Positions 9,590 to 17,479 of a stretch of DNA of 28,273 bases are shown piece by piece (position 1 is the first letter of the stretch; each line of letters starts with the position of its first letter). Origin of the DNA: Patescibacteria group bacterium. GTDB taxonomy: Bacteria > Patescibacteriota > Microgenomatia > UBA1400 > MFAQ01. Both the position numbers and the translations under genes were made by a program. The DNA is taken from the NCBI GenBank assembly GCA_035291985.1, contig DATDRC010000066.1, positions 1-28,273 on the forward strand. Reading direction: 5' to 3'. Below the pieces are notes generated by a model, which was not told the origin of the DNA, ran no database searches, and saw only the letters and a list, made by a program, of their open reading frames with translations.

Positions 9590-10645
9590 ATGAAGGCTTC
9601 ACTGTTTGATTACCAACTGGATATTGAGAAAATTGCCCAGGAACCGGCGGATCCAAGGGATAGCGCGAAATTGATGCTCATCGATAGGAAGACGGGAAAA
9701 ATAGTTGACCGACGATTTTCTGACTTGGTGGCGATCCTTTCGACTAACGATGTTCTGGTTTTTAATCAGACCAAAGTGATTCCGGTCCGTTTGTTGGGAA
9801 TGAAGAGTACCGGCGGCAAGGTCGAGTTACTTTTGGTGAAGCAGCTGGAAAGTGACACTTGGGAGGCGATTAGTAAACCGGGTCTAAGAGCGGGACAGAG
9901 GATTGAAGTGGAGGCTTTGCGCGCCGAGGTAATTGAGAAGAAGGAGGAAACGGTGATTCTCAAATTCAGCGACAGGGGTGAGTTTTTGCGGGAGAGGATT
10001 TTCGAATTTGGCAAGACGCCGATACCACCCTATATTCACAGCCATAAGACCGAAAGGGAATTGCGCCGGGTTTATCAAACGGTTTATGCCAAGAAAGAGG
10101 GTTCGGTGGCGGCGCCGACGGCCGGACTCCATTTCAGCCGTGATTTACTGGCGGCTCTGCAAAAAAAAGGAGTTCAAACCGAATTTTTAACCCTGCACGT
10201 TGGTTTGGGAACTTTCCGGGGGGTAAAGACAGAAAGAGTCGAAGACCATGAAATGCAGGCGGAGTGGTTTTCCCTCGATGAGGGAACGGCGGCGAGGTTG
10301 AATCAGGCAAGAAGGGAAGGTAAAAAAATTATTGCCGTCGGGACAACAACTACCAGGGTGTTGGAGAGTTCCCTCGCTCCCGATGGGACCTTGAGACCCG
10401 GTGACGGCGAAACAAATATTTTCATTTATCCGCCGTATAAGTTTAAATTTGTCGATCAGGTGCTGACCAACTTTCATTTGCCAAAGAGTACCTTATTGAT
10501 GTTGGTTGCCGCTTTTGTTTCTTTCCCGAACACAAAAGATAAATTTACTTCTTTCAAATCCAGTCTGATGGGAAAGGCTTACCAGCAGGCGATCGAAAAC
10601 GACTACCGTTTCTTCAGCTTTGGGGACGCGATGCTAATTCTTTAG
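9590..10645 (+). CDS. queA: S-adenosylmethionine:tRNA ribosyltransferase-isomerase
   Basis: FDYQL..IAQEP, VFNQTKVIPVRL, PIPPYI, YQTVYA, GSVAAPTAGLHF, TLHVGLGTF, NFHLPKSTL, YRFFSFGDAMLI. Confidence 0.97.
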   Translation: MKASLFDYQLDIEKIAQEPADPRDSAKLMLIDRKTGKIVDRRFSDLVAILSTNDVLVFNQTKVIPVRLLGMKSTGGKVELLLVKQLESDTWEAISKPGLRAGQRIEVEALRAEVIEKKEETVILKFSDRGEFLRERIFEFGKTPIPPYIHSHKTERELRRVYQTVYAKKEGSVAAPTAGLHFSRDLLAALQKKGVQTEFLTLHVGLGTFRGVKTERVEDHEMQAEWFSLDEGTAARLNQARREGKKIIAVGTTTTRVLESSLAPDGTLRPGDGETNIFIYPPYKFKFVDQVLTNFHLPKSTLLMLVAAFVSFPNTKDKFTSFKSSLMGKAYQQAIENDYRFFSFGDAMLIL

Positions 10646-11750
10646 TAGCCTCGACGGTTTTTAACATCAGCCGTAAATTGTGGACACTGGCGAGGGAATA
10701 GTAGAGCAGTTCTTTGGATCGGAATAGGTGGTGGAGATAGGCACGGCTGAAATTTTTGCAGGTAGGACAATCGCAGTTTTCGTCAATGGGGCCGGCGTCG
10801 CCGGCGAATTCTTTATTGCCGATATTGATTCTTTCGTTGGGGTAGTTACTCTCAAAACAATACTCGCCATTTTTGCTTATTACTTTGCCGGTATAAAGGG
10901 CGCCGTTTCGGGCGAGCCGAGTGGGGGCGACGCAATCGAACATATCAATGCCCAGAGAAATGGCAGTGAGGACATCGGAGGGTTTTAGCCCCAGGCCCAT
11001 GGTGTAGCGGGGTTTGTTCTCCGGTAGATAGTCGGCGATCCAGTCGATGACCTGCTGGGTGCCGGACATATTGTAGCCGATGGTTTCACCGCCGATGGCA
11101 ATGCCGGGGAGGTCTTGGGCGACAACAAACTGGGCGGCTTCACGGCGCAGATCTTCGTGAAGCGCACCCTGAATAATGCCGAAGAGAGCTTGTTTTTCGG
11201 TGTCGTGTTTTTGCCATTCTTTGACTCCCCGAACCAGCCAAGTGTTGGTTAATTCGAGGGCAGTCCGGGCCGCGTCTTTTTTAGCGGTGTCGGAAGTACA
11301 CTGGTCAAAAGCCATGATGATATCGGCGCCGAGCTTCACTTCGGAGTCGATGGCGATCTCGGGAGAAAGAAAGTTGACGGTGCCGTCCAGGTGGGAACGA
11401 AATTCGACGCCGTCGGGAGTAATTTTGGCCAGTCCACCCCCTGGCTCACCCAGTGACCAAACCTGGAAACCACCGCTGTCAGTGAGAATTGGTTTGTCCC
11501 AATTCATGAAGGCATGTAGGCCACCGAGCTTGGCAATAACGTCGCTGCCCGGGCGCAAGAAAAGGTGGTAGTTGTTGGCCAGGATGATTTGGGCGCCGAT
11601 CTCCTTAAGTTCTCGAGGATTGACGGACTTGACCGAGGCGTGGGTGCCAACGGGCATGAAAACGGGAGTGGCGAGATCGCCGTGGGGTGTAGAAAAGACG
11701 CCGGTGCGACCGCGGCCGGCCAGTTTGCCGGTGATTTTAAACTCGAACAT
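10614..11750 (-). CDS. tgt: tRNA-guanine transglycosylase
   Basis: TPVFMPVGT, ILTDSGGFQVWSL, GIIQG, DMFDCVAPTRLARNG, Zn site CDCPTC..FSRAYLHH...HNL; start ATG 11750 (MFEFK) with TATAAT 7 nt upstream. Confidence 0.97.
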   Translation of the reverse strand: MFEFKITGKLAGRGRTGVFSTPHGDLATPVFMPVGTHASVKSVNPRELKEIGAQIILANNYHLFLRPGSDVIAKLGGLHAFMNWDKPILTDSGGFQVWSLGEPGGGLAKITPDGVEFRSHLDGTVNFLSPEIAIDSEVKLGADIIMAFDQCTSDTAKKDAARTALELTNTWLVRGVKEWQKHDTEKQALFGIIQGALHEDLRREAAQFVVAQDLPGIAIGGETIGYNMSGTQQVIDWIADYLPENKPRYTMGLGLKPSDVLTAISLGIDMFDCVAPTRLARNGALYTGKVISKNGEYCFESNYPNERINIGNKEFAGDAGPIDENCDCPTCKNFSRAYLHHLFRSKELLYYSLASVHNLRLMLKTVEATKELASRPQS

Positions 11751-11757
11751 GCCTGTT

Positions 11758-11905
11758 ATTATATTGTATTTGTGCCTGGGGAGGGGGATTTTCTGAAGCT
11801 GGCGCCGAGGATGTTTTAGGTTTGAGAAATTTGATGGATTTAGCCTTGAAACAGGCATAAAGTATTGATACGAAGCAATAAAGCTTAATTCTAGCCTGCT
11901 ATAAT
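11758..11905. promoter_or_regulatory. Divergent -10 elements for tgt and the LD-carboxypeptidase
   Basis: Minus-strand TATAAT at 11758-11763, 7 nt from the tgt ATG; plus-strand extended -10 TGCTATAAT at 11897-11905, 7 nt from ATG 11913. Confidence 0.65.
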
Positions 11906-11912
11906 AGGTTTT

Positions 11913-12935
11913 ATGAGTGATTTTGTGAAGCCGGCGGCACTAACTAAAGGAGACGTCATCGGGGTAATCGCCCCATCGGATGCAATCGAGAAAAAATATA
12001 TCAGTCCAAACATCAAACTGGTGGCGGAATGGGGTTTGAAAGCCAAGCTGGGGAAGCATTTGTATTCGATGGTTGGGGATTTTGCGGCCGGGACGCCCGA
12101 AGAAAGACGCGAGGATATTTTGAAGATGATTGAGGATCCGGAAGTGAAAGTGATTTGGGCCGCTGAAGGTGGTTACGCGGCGACAGAGGTGTTACCGGTT
12201 TTTTCCAAAGAGGTGATTCAAAAACTGCGCCAGAATCCAAAATGGTTTATCGGCTACTCTGATGTTTGTATTTTATTAAATGCCCTGATGAGTTTTCGGA
12301 TTGCTTCAATCCAGGGCCCGAACTTTTCCGGAATAATCGATAAAGATCAAAAGAGTCAAGACTGGCTGAGACGGATGCTTTTCGGTGAAACGGGTTTGGA
12401 GATTGGGAGTGAGGCCAATTGGAAAAGTTTTATTTCCGGTCAGGCCGAAGGAAAGTTGTTGGTCTCAAATTTGGATAGTTTGGTGGCAACGCTGGGGACG
12501 CGTTTTGATCCTTTGATGCATGGATCGGGGGATCTGATTCTGGGACTGGAAGAATGGTGGATTGAGAAAAGTACACTCCAACGACAGATTGATATGATCC
12601 TTAATCACAAAAGAGCCAGTCGGATTAAAGGAATTATTTTGGGGAGATTTATCGGTATCGGAGAGTATTCTTATCCCGCTTGGGGTAAAAAAGTAACGGC
12701 AGAATCATTGATTGAAGGTCGGGTTAGATATCGAGGAACGGGAGTTCCCTTGGCCCAGCTGGCCGACTTCGGTCATCCGATGACCCAAAGTTGGTTAGAA
12801 GAAAAAATGCCCAAACTGGCAAAGCCGCAAACATTTTTGGCGCTACCTAATGGTATTAAAGTGAGATTTACGGTTGATTCTTCTTCCGGAAGACTGCAGT
12901 TTTTGGAATCGATAACGGCGGAGAAAGTTTCTTGA
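11913..12935 (+). CDS. LD-carboxypeptidase / MccF-like peptidase (S66 family)
   Basis: GDVIGVIAPS, AGTPEERRED, catalytic IGYSD (Ser), LGLEE (Glu), DFGH (His). Confidence 0.9.
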   Translation: MSDFVKPAALTKGDVIGVIAPSDAIEKKYISPNIKLVAEWGLKAKLGKHLYSMVGDFAAGTPEERREDILKMIEDPEVKVIWAAEGGYAATEVLPVFSKEVIQKLRQNPKWFIGYSDVCILLNALMSFRIASIQGPNFSGIIDKDQKSQDWLRRMLFGETGLEIGSEANWKSFISGQAEGKLLVSNLDSLVATLGTRFDPLMHGSGDLILGLEEWWIEKSTLQRQIDMILNHKRASRIKGIILGRFIGIGEYSYPAWGKKVTAESLIEGRVRYRGTGVPLAQLADFGHPMTQSWLEEKMPKLAKPQTFLALPNGIKVRFTVDSSSGRLQFLESITAEKVS

Positions 12936-12947
12936 TTAAACTTGTTA

Positions 12948-12975
12948 TTGACAGATATTTTTAATGTGTGATAAT
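12948..12975 (+). promoter_or_regulatory. Putative sigma70 promoter for the Ddl-like gene
   Basis: TTGACA (12948-12953), 16-nt spacer, TGTGATAAT (12967-12975) in an AT-rich intergenic region. Confidence 0.55.
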
Positions 12976-12991
12976 TAATGTGCATTCAAGA

Positions 12992-13025
12992 ATATTGATG
13001 AAATAATTACTTGATTCATCAATAT
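12992..13025. repeat. Perfect 11-bp inverted repeat (operator or hairpin)
   Basis: ATATTGATGAA (12992-13002), 12-nt spacer, TTCATCAATAT (13015-13025). Confidence 0.7.
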
Positions 13026-13047
13026 ATTTTATGATACGCATAGTACA

Positions 13048-14061
13048 ATGGACGATAGCGAACGGGGGGACCTGAAAGATAAAAAGATTCTCATCATCTA
13101 TACGGAGATGGACGACTGGAGTGAAGAAGATAAGATAACGTCTGTTTTGTCGACCGATGAGATGATGGCGGAGCTTGTCGCTTTGGGTTTTTCGAAAGTA
13201 TTTAAGAAAAAAGTGACCGAACCGATTGAGGAAGCTTTTATCGAATTCGATCCCGCGGAAACTATTATTTTTAACTGGGCCGAAAGTTGGGGCAGTGATG
13301 GCAGTGACTACTGGACGATTCCGGAACATCTTGAAAAATTGGGGTTTGTCTATACCGGCAGTGACCCCGAGTGTCTAAAGGAAACGATCGATAAAGTGGC
13401 GACAAAAAGGAAAATGTTAGCCAGGGGCATTTCCACTCCCTTGACGAAAATCTATGAAAGCAACGAGCCAAACGGTTGGAATATTTTTCCGGCGATTGTG
13501 AAACCGGCAAGAGAACACTGTTCGACTGGAGTAACTCGAGAGGCGGTAGTTGATAACCAAGAACAATTACACGCCCGGATCGCTTACAATCTTAGCGAGT
13601 ACGGGCCTCATGGGATTATCGTCGAGGACTTTATTGAGGGGAATGAGTATAACGTGACGGTTTGGGGAAATGAAAAACCCGAAGTCCTGCCGATCGGGAT
13701 GATCGATTTCTCGGGGTTTGATGACTACCATGATCGGATCTGTTCGTTTGATGCCAAATGGAGTGAGGGTTCGAAGGAGTGGAATAATACGCCGGTAATC
13801 TGTCCGGCACCGGTTGATGATGAGTTGAAAAAGCGACTCGAAGATTTGGCCCTGTCCACCTACAAACTTTTTGGGATTCGGGACTACGCCCGAATTGATA
13901 TGAGGGTGAGGGACGGGATTCCCTACGTTCTCGACGTTAACTCCAATCCGGACATAACCACTTCCGGCGGTTTGGTTAGATCCATACGCAAGGCGGGCTA
14001 CTCGTATGGCGAAGGCGTGGCGAAGATTCTGGCGATGGCTCTTTCCCGGATGCCGAAGTGA
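13048..14061 (+). CDS. D-Ala-D-Ala ligase-like ATP-grasp enzyme
   Basis: IFNWAE, YTGSDP, DKVATK, PAIVKPAREHCSTGV, EDFIEGNEYNV, RDYARIDMR, VLDVNSNPD. Confidence 0.85.
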   Translation: MDDSERGDLKDKKILIIYTEMDDWSEEDKITSVLSTDEMMAELVALGFSKVFKKKVTEPIEEAFIEFDPAETIIFNWAESWGSDGSDYWTIPEHLEKLGFVYTGSDPECLKETIDKVATKRKMLARGISTPLTKIYESNEPNGWNIFPAIVKPAREHCSTGVTREAVVDNQEQLHARIAYNLSEYGPHGIIVEDFIEGNEYNVTVWGNEKPEVLPIGMIDFSGFDDYHDRICSFDAKWSEGSKEWNNTPVICPAPVDDELKKRLEDLALSTYKLFGIRDYARIDMRVRDGIPYVLDVNSNPDITTSGGLVRSIRKAGYSYGEGVAKILAMALSRMPK

Positions 14062-14075
14062 TAGTATTGATGTAG

Positions 14076-14621
14076 ATGAAGAAACTGTTTTGGCATCAGG
14101 TAGTTTTGTTTGGTGTTTTGGCGCTTCTGACCCTGGGGCGTTATTTGACTGGTGCAGTTGGATTTAATATGTCACTGCTGTGGTGGTGGTTGGGTGGAAT
14201 AGTTGGTTTCCTATTTGTTTTTGCCGACCGGTTGGTCTATGCCTTTATGAGCCACCCGGAGGAGGCCCTTTCGCTCAGGTTAAAAGAATTGTTTGGCAAG
14301 GGGAAAATCATTAACGGTTTGGCCTTGGCGTTGGCGGAGAGAGAAAAACAAGATAAATTGATAATGAGAAGCGCCCTATTTTTGGTCGTTTGGGCGATTT
14401 TGACTGTCTTGACACTAACGTCGATAGCCAACACTTTTTCCCGCGGTTTCATGCTGGGGCTTTCGACACACCTGGTCTTTGATTTGGGTTGGGACTACTT
14501 TTTCGCGCGCAAAGATATCAATCTTTGGTTTTGGCAAATTAGAAATGTGACAAGTGCCGAGAAAAATGTTTTTGTTTGGGGAACGTTTGGCCTTTATTCA
14601 TTAACAGTTTGGTTTCTGTAG
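14076..14621 (+). CDS. Hypothetical membrane protein (possible HxxxD metal-dependent hydrolase)
   Basis: Several hydrophobic helices; LSTHLVFD motif; TGATAGTAT 8 nt before the ATG. Confidence 0.6.
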   Translation: MKKLFWHQVVLFGVLALLTLGRYLTGAVGFNMSLLWWWLGGIVGFLFVFADRLVYAFMSHPEEALSLRLKELFGKGKIINGLALALAEREKQDKLIMRSALFLVVWAILTVLTLTSIANTFSRGFMLGLSTHLVFDLGWDYFFARKDINLWFWQIRNVTSAEKNVFVWGTFGLYSLTVWFL

Positions 14622-14632
14622 TAACAGAAATT

Positions 14633-15607
14633 GTGAAAATTGATTGGAAATACCAGCGAGAGCAGTACGGCGCGGCGCTGATGGCGGCGGTACCGGTTTT
14701 CGTCAGTCTTTCCCTTTATATTTTTTATCGGCGGGGCTACTACGATCTGTATATTGCCAATAAGGCTTTTGCCGGGGATGCGGCTGTCCTTCTCGGAGTT
14801 GTTTTTCTTCTCGGACCATTGAGCCGTTTTTTTGTGATATTTGACCGTTACCTGCAGTATCGAAAGGAAATTGGTATAGTGGCTTTTTTTCTAGCTCTCG
14901 TCCATGGTTTGGTTTCCCTTTTTTTTCTGCCTTCGAAGTTTCCGATGTCCAGATATGTTTCGACTCTCAACTGGCCCTTTGTCTTCGGTTTGGCGGGCCT
15001 GGTGATATTGGTGATGCTTTTTTTCATCTCTAACAGTTGGGTCGAAAACCGTCTGGGGACGGAGAGGTGGTGGCGGTTACAGAATTGGGGTTTGCGGCTG
15101 GTCGTGGGGTTGACGGTTTTGCATGTTTTTGTAATGAAGATGAACGGCTGGTTGAGTTGGTATAAAGTCGGAGGAGAGGCGGCACTAGCCCATCCTGAAT
15201 TACCGGGCGGCGGGCTATTGGTGGGTTGGTTTCTGGGATTTGCAGTTTTGGTTCGTTTGTCTGAGTTTGGCGGAGTGAGATTTGGGAGAATTGTTTGGTA
15301 TTTTAGCGTGATAACTCTGCCGATTATCTTCGCGGTGACCTTTTGGTGGGGATTTCGGGTAGAGAAAATCAAGTCAACGGCTTGTTTTACCAGAGAACGG
15401 ATTGACAGGGCGCCAGAGGAGAAGAGGTGTTTGGTGATTTTCGACAATAAGGTCTATGACATGACCAGCGCGGCGAAATGGGATTTGACCGGACATGTCG
15501 GACGCCATCTTTGCGGCAAGGAATATGACCAGGAGACAATCGAGAGGGGGCCGCATAAAATAGCGGTGATGGAGCCGTTTTTGATTGGAAAATTGTGCGA
15601 AAGATAA
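14633..15607 (+). CDS. Ferric reductase-like (MsrQ-type) transmembrane domain fused to a C-terminal cytochrome b5-like domain
   Basis: RKEIGIVAFFLALVH and WWRLQN...LTVLH helices; C-terminal VIFDNKVYDMT...W...H...H..GKEY...PH...IGKL; GTG 14633 is the first start that does not overlap the upstream gene. Confidence 0.8.
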   Translation: MKIDWKYQREQYGAALMAAVPVFVSLSLYIFYRRGYYDLYIANKAFAGDAAVLLGVVFLLGPLSRFFVIFDRYLQYRKEIGIVAFFLALVHGLVSLFFLPSKFPMSRYVSTLNWPFVFGLAGLVILVMLFFISNSWVENRLGTERWWRLQNWGLRLVVGLTVLHVFVMKMNGWLSWYKVGGEAALAHPELPGGGLLVGWFLGFAVLVRLSEFGGVRFGRIVWYFSVITLPIIFAVTFWWGFRVEKIKSTACFTRERIDRAPEEKRCLVIFDNKVYDMTSAAKWDLTGHVGRHLCGKEYDQETIERGPHKIAVMEPFLIGKLCER

Positions 15608-15610
15608 CCC

Positions 15611-15639
15611 TTGACATCAGATACCCCGGCGGGTATATT
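15611..15639 (+). promoter_or_regulatory. sigma70 promoter with CsoR/RcnR-type operator in the spacer
   Basis: TTGACA (15611-15616)-N17-TATATT (15634-15639); ATACCC-CGGC-GGGTAT (15621-15636) fits the TAC-C/G-tract-GTA style operator of CsoR-family repressors. Confidence 0.8.
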
Positions 15640-15645
15640 GGTAAT

Positions 15646-15873
15646 GTGACCATTGAGGAAAAAAGAAATCTTGAAATTATGCTGAGGCGGATTGGCGGTC
15701 AGGTTAACGGCATTAGTAAAATGATTAATGACGATAAGGGTTGCGAAGCGGTGATGACCCAGGTGATGGCGGCGGTATCGTCTTTGAAAAGTGTCGGGCG
15801 GACGGTTTTGGCTGACGCCACCTGCAATGTACCAAAAGAAGAATCAACCAAATTATTAAAAAGATTTCTATAA
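15646..15873 (+). CDS. CsoR/RcnR/CstR-family transcriptional repressor
   Basis: LRRIGGQVNGISKMI..DKGCEAVMTQVMAAVSSL; second Cys in DATC; GTG 15646 lies 6 nt after the -10. Confidence 0.88.
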   Translation: MTIEEKRNLEIMLRRIGGQVNGISKMINDDKGCEAVMTQVMAAVSSLKSVGRTVLADATCNVPKEESTKLLKRFL

Positions 15874-15875
15874 TT

Positions 15876-16199
15876 ATGGCAGCAGTCCATTTTAGCGACG
15901 CCGACTTTGAGGAAAAAGTCCTCAAGAGTCCATTACCAGTTTTGGTCGATTTTTCTGCCGAGTGGTGCGGTCCCTGTCGGATAGCGGCCCCGATTATTGA
16001 TGAGTTGGCTGGTGTTTATGCCGGCAAAGTAACGATTGGGAAATTAGACGTCGATGAGAGCCAGGGGACGGCGGCTAAGTATGGGGTGATGAGTATTCCG
16101 ACAGTGATCGTGTTTAAGGGCGGCAAGGAAGTTGAACGAAAAGTGGGTTTTGCCGGTAAAGGTGGTTACGAAGAAATGATTAAGAAAGTTACCGGCTAA
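15876..16199 (+). CDS. trxA: Thioredoxin
   Basis: VLVDFSAEWCGPC, YGVMSIPT; 107 aa. Confidence 0.97.
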   Translation: MAAVHFSDADFEEKVLKSPLPVLVDFSAEWCGPCRIAAPIIDELAGVYAGKVTIGKLDVDESQGTAAKYGVMSIPTVIVFKGGKEVERKVGFAGKGGYEEMIKKVTG

Positions 16200-17260
16200 T
16201 GGCTGAAGCAAGAAACGTTATTGTTATCGGGGGGGCGTCGGCTGGTTATACGGCGGCAATCTACCTGGCCCGGGCAACGCTGTCGCCTTTGGTCTTGGCT
16301 GGGGAAAATGCCGGGGGGCAACTGATGTTTACAACGGAAGTAGAGAATTTTCCCGGTTTTTCGAAGGGGATTAGGGGACCTGATTTGATGATGGAAATGA
16401 GGGCACAAGCGGAGCGGTTTGGAGCAGAAATACAAAACGCGAACGTGACAAAAATAGATTTTTCAGGGGGGGTAAAAAGGGTTTGGGTTGGTGAAACAGA
16501 ATATCAGGCGAAGGCGGTCATTTTGGCCCTGGGGGCAATGAGCCGGATGCTTAAAGTCGGTGAAGAGAATTTTTTGGGGCGGGGGGTGTCGACCTGCGCG
16601 GTCTGCGATGCCGCCTTTTTTAAGGATAAAACGGTTTTTGTTGTCGGCGGCGGTGACGCGGCCATGGAAGATGTTTTGGCGCTGGCCCGATTTACCGATA
16701 AGGTAACCGTGATTTATCGAAAGGGTGAATTTAAGGCGAGCAAGATTATGCAGGCAAGGGTTGGAGAAAAAAACATTCCGGTCCTGTGGGAGACAGAGGT
16801 AACGGGAGTTATGGGCGAGAATAAACTAGAGAAAATCAGGATCAAGGATAAAGCCGGCGAGAAGGAGTTGTCGGCTGATGGGTTGTTTTTGGCGATCGGC
16901 CATATCCCGGCGACGGACATTCTTAAGGGTCAGGTGGAGTTGGACAGTCATGACTACTTGATAACAAAGATGACCGCACCAACAGCTTTGTCCGCCAGCA
17001 ACGCTGAGAGCGTAGCTCCTGCGGGCTGGCAGTCAGGCGGGCAGGCCTCGCCGCAAGCTGTGCAAGCAGGCGGGCAGGCCATGAGTAATCAAGAAATTTG
17101 GCTAAATGATTACCCGACCCAGACATCGGTAGCCGGTGTTTTTGGCGCGGGCGATATGGTCGATATCCGTTACCGCCAAGCGATTACGGCGGCAGGGATG
17201 GGCTGTATGGCGGCGCTCGACGCCGAAAAATTTCTGACGGGGACAATTCAAGGCTGGTAG
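16199..17260 (+). CDS. trxB: Thioredoxin reductase with a low-complexity insertion
   Basis: GGASAGYTAA, GGQLMFTTEVENFPGF, CAVCD, VVGGGDAA, TSVAGVFGAGD, YRQAITAAGMG. Confidence 0.95.
   Translation: MAEARNVIVIGGASAGYTAAIYLARATLSPLVLAGENAGGQLMFTTEVENFPGFSKGIRGPDLMMEMRAQAERFGAEIQNANVTKIDFSGGVKRVWVGETEYQAKAVILALGAMSRMLKVGEENFLGRGVSTCAVCDAAFFKDKTVFVVGGGDAAMEDVLALARFTDKVTVIYRKGEFKASKIMQARVGEKNIPVLWETEVTGVMGENKLEKIRIKDKAGEKELSADGLFLAIGHIPATDILKGQVELDSHDYLITKMTAPTALSASNAESVAPAGWQSGGQASPQAVQAGGQAMSNQEIWLNDYPTQTSVAGVFGAGDMVDIRYRQAITAAGMGCMAALDAEKFLTGTIQGW
16990..17080. repeat. GC-rich palindromic (REP-like) element(s) in frame inside trxB
   Basis: Hairpin GTCCGC..AGC-A-ACGCT-GAG-AGCGT-A-GCT..GCGGGC (16990-17026); 14-bp direct repeat CAGGCGGGCAGGCC at 17034-17047 and 17067-17080. 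Confidence 0.65.
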
Positions 17261-17276
17261 TGGTAGGATAGAGTTG

Positions 17277-17465
17277 ATGGTTTCGGAAAGAATACGAAAT
17301 TTAATCTTGGGAGATCAGTTGACGAGAGACGAAAGAGAAATCCTTGAGGAATGGTTGGCTGATTGCGACGAGGATGAGTATGAAGAATATCTCAGATTGA
17401 AGAGTGACGGGGTGGAGGTTCGAGTCGATGACGAAAGTGAATTAGAGCCTGACGATGAAATGTAA
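17277..17465 (+). CDS. Small, very acidic hypothetical protein
   Basis: 62 aa, 24 Asp/Glu by hand count; extended -10 TGGTAGGAT (17261-17269) 7 nt before ATG 17277. Confidence 0.65.
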   Translation: MVSERIRNLILGDQLTRDEREILEEWLADCDEDEYEEYLRLKSDGVEVRVDDESELEPDDEM

Positions 17466-17479
17466 TAGAATTAGGAGAA

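Noticed and set aside
11749-11858. 9-bp inverted repeat ATGCCTGTT / AACAGGCAT flanking about 92 bp (possible MITE)
   Set aside because: Short, one arm includes the tgt start codon, there is no target-site duplication, and it is compatible with chance.
17034-17080. Direct repeats in trxB as a possible mini-CRISPR
   Set aside because: Only two 14-bp copies 19 nt apart, inside a coding frame, with no cas genes.
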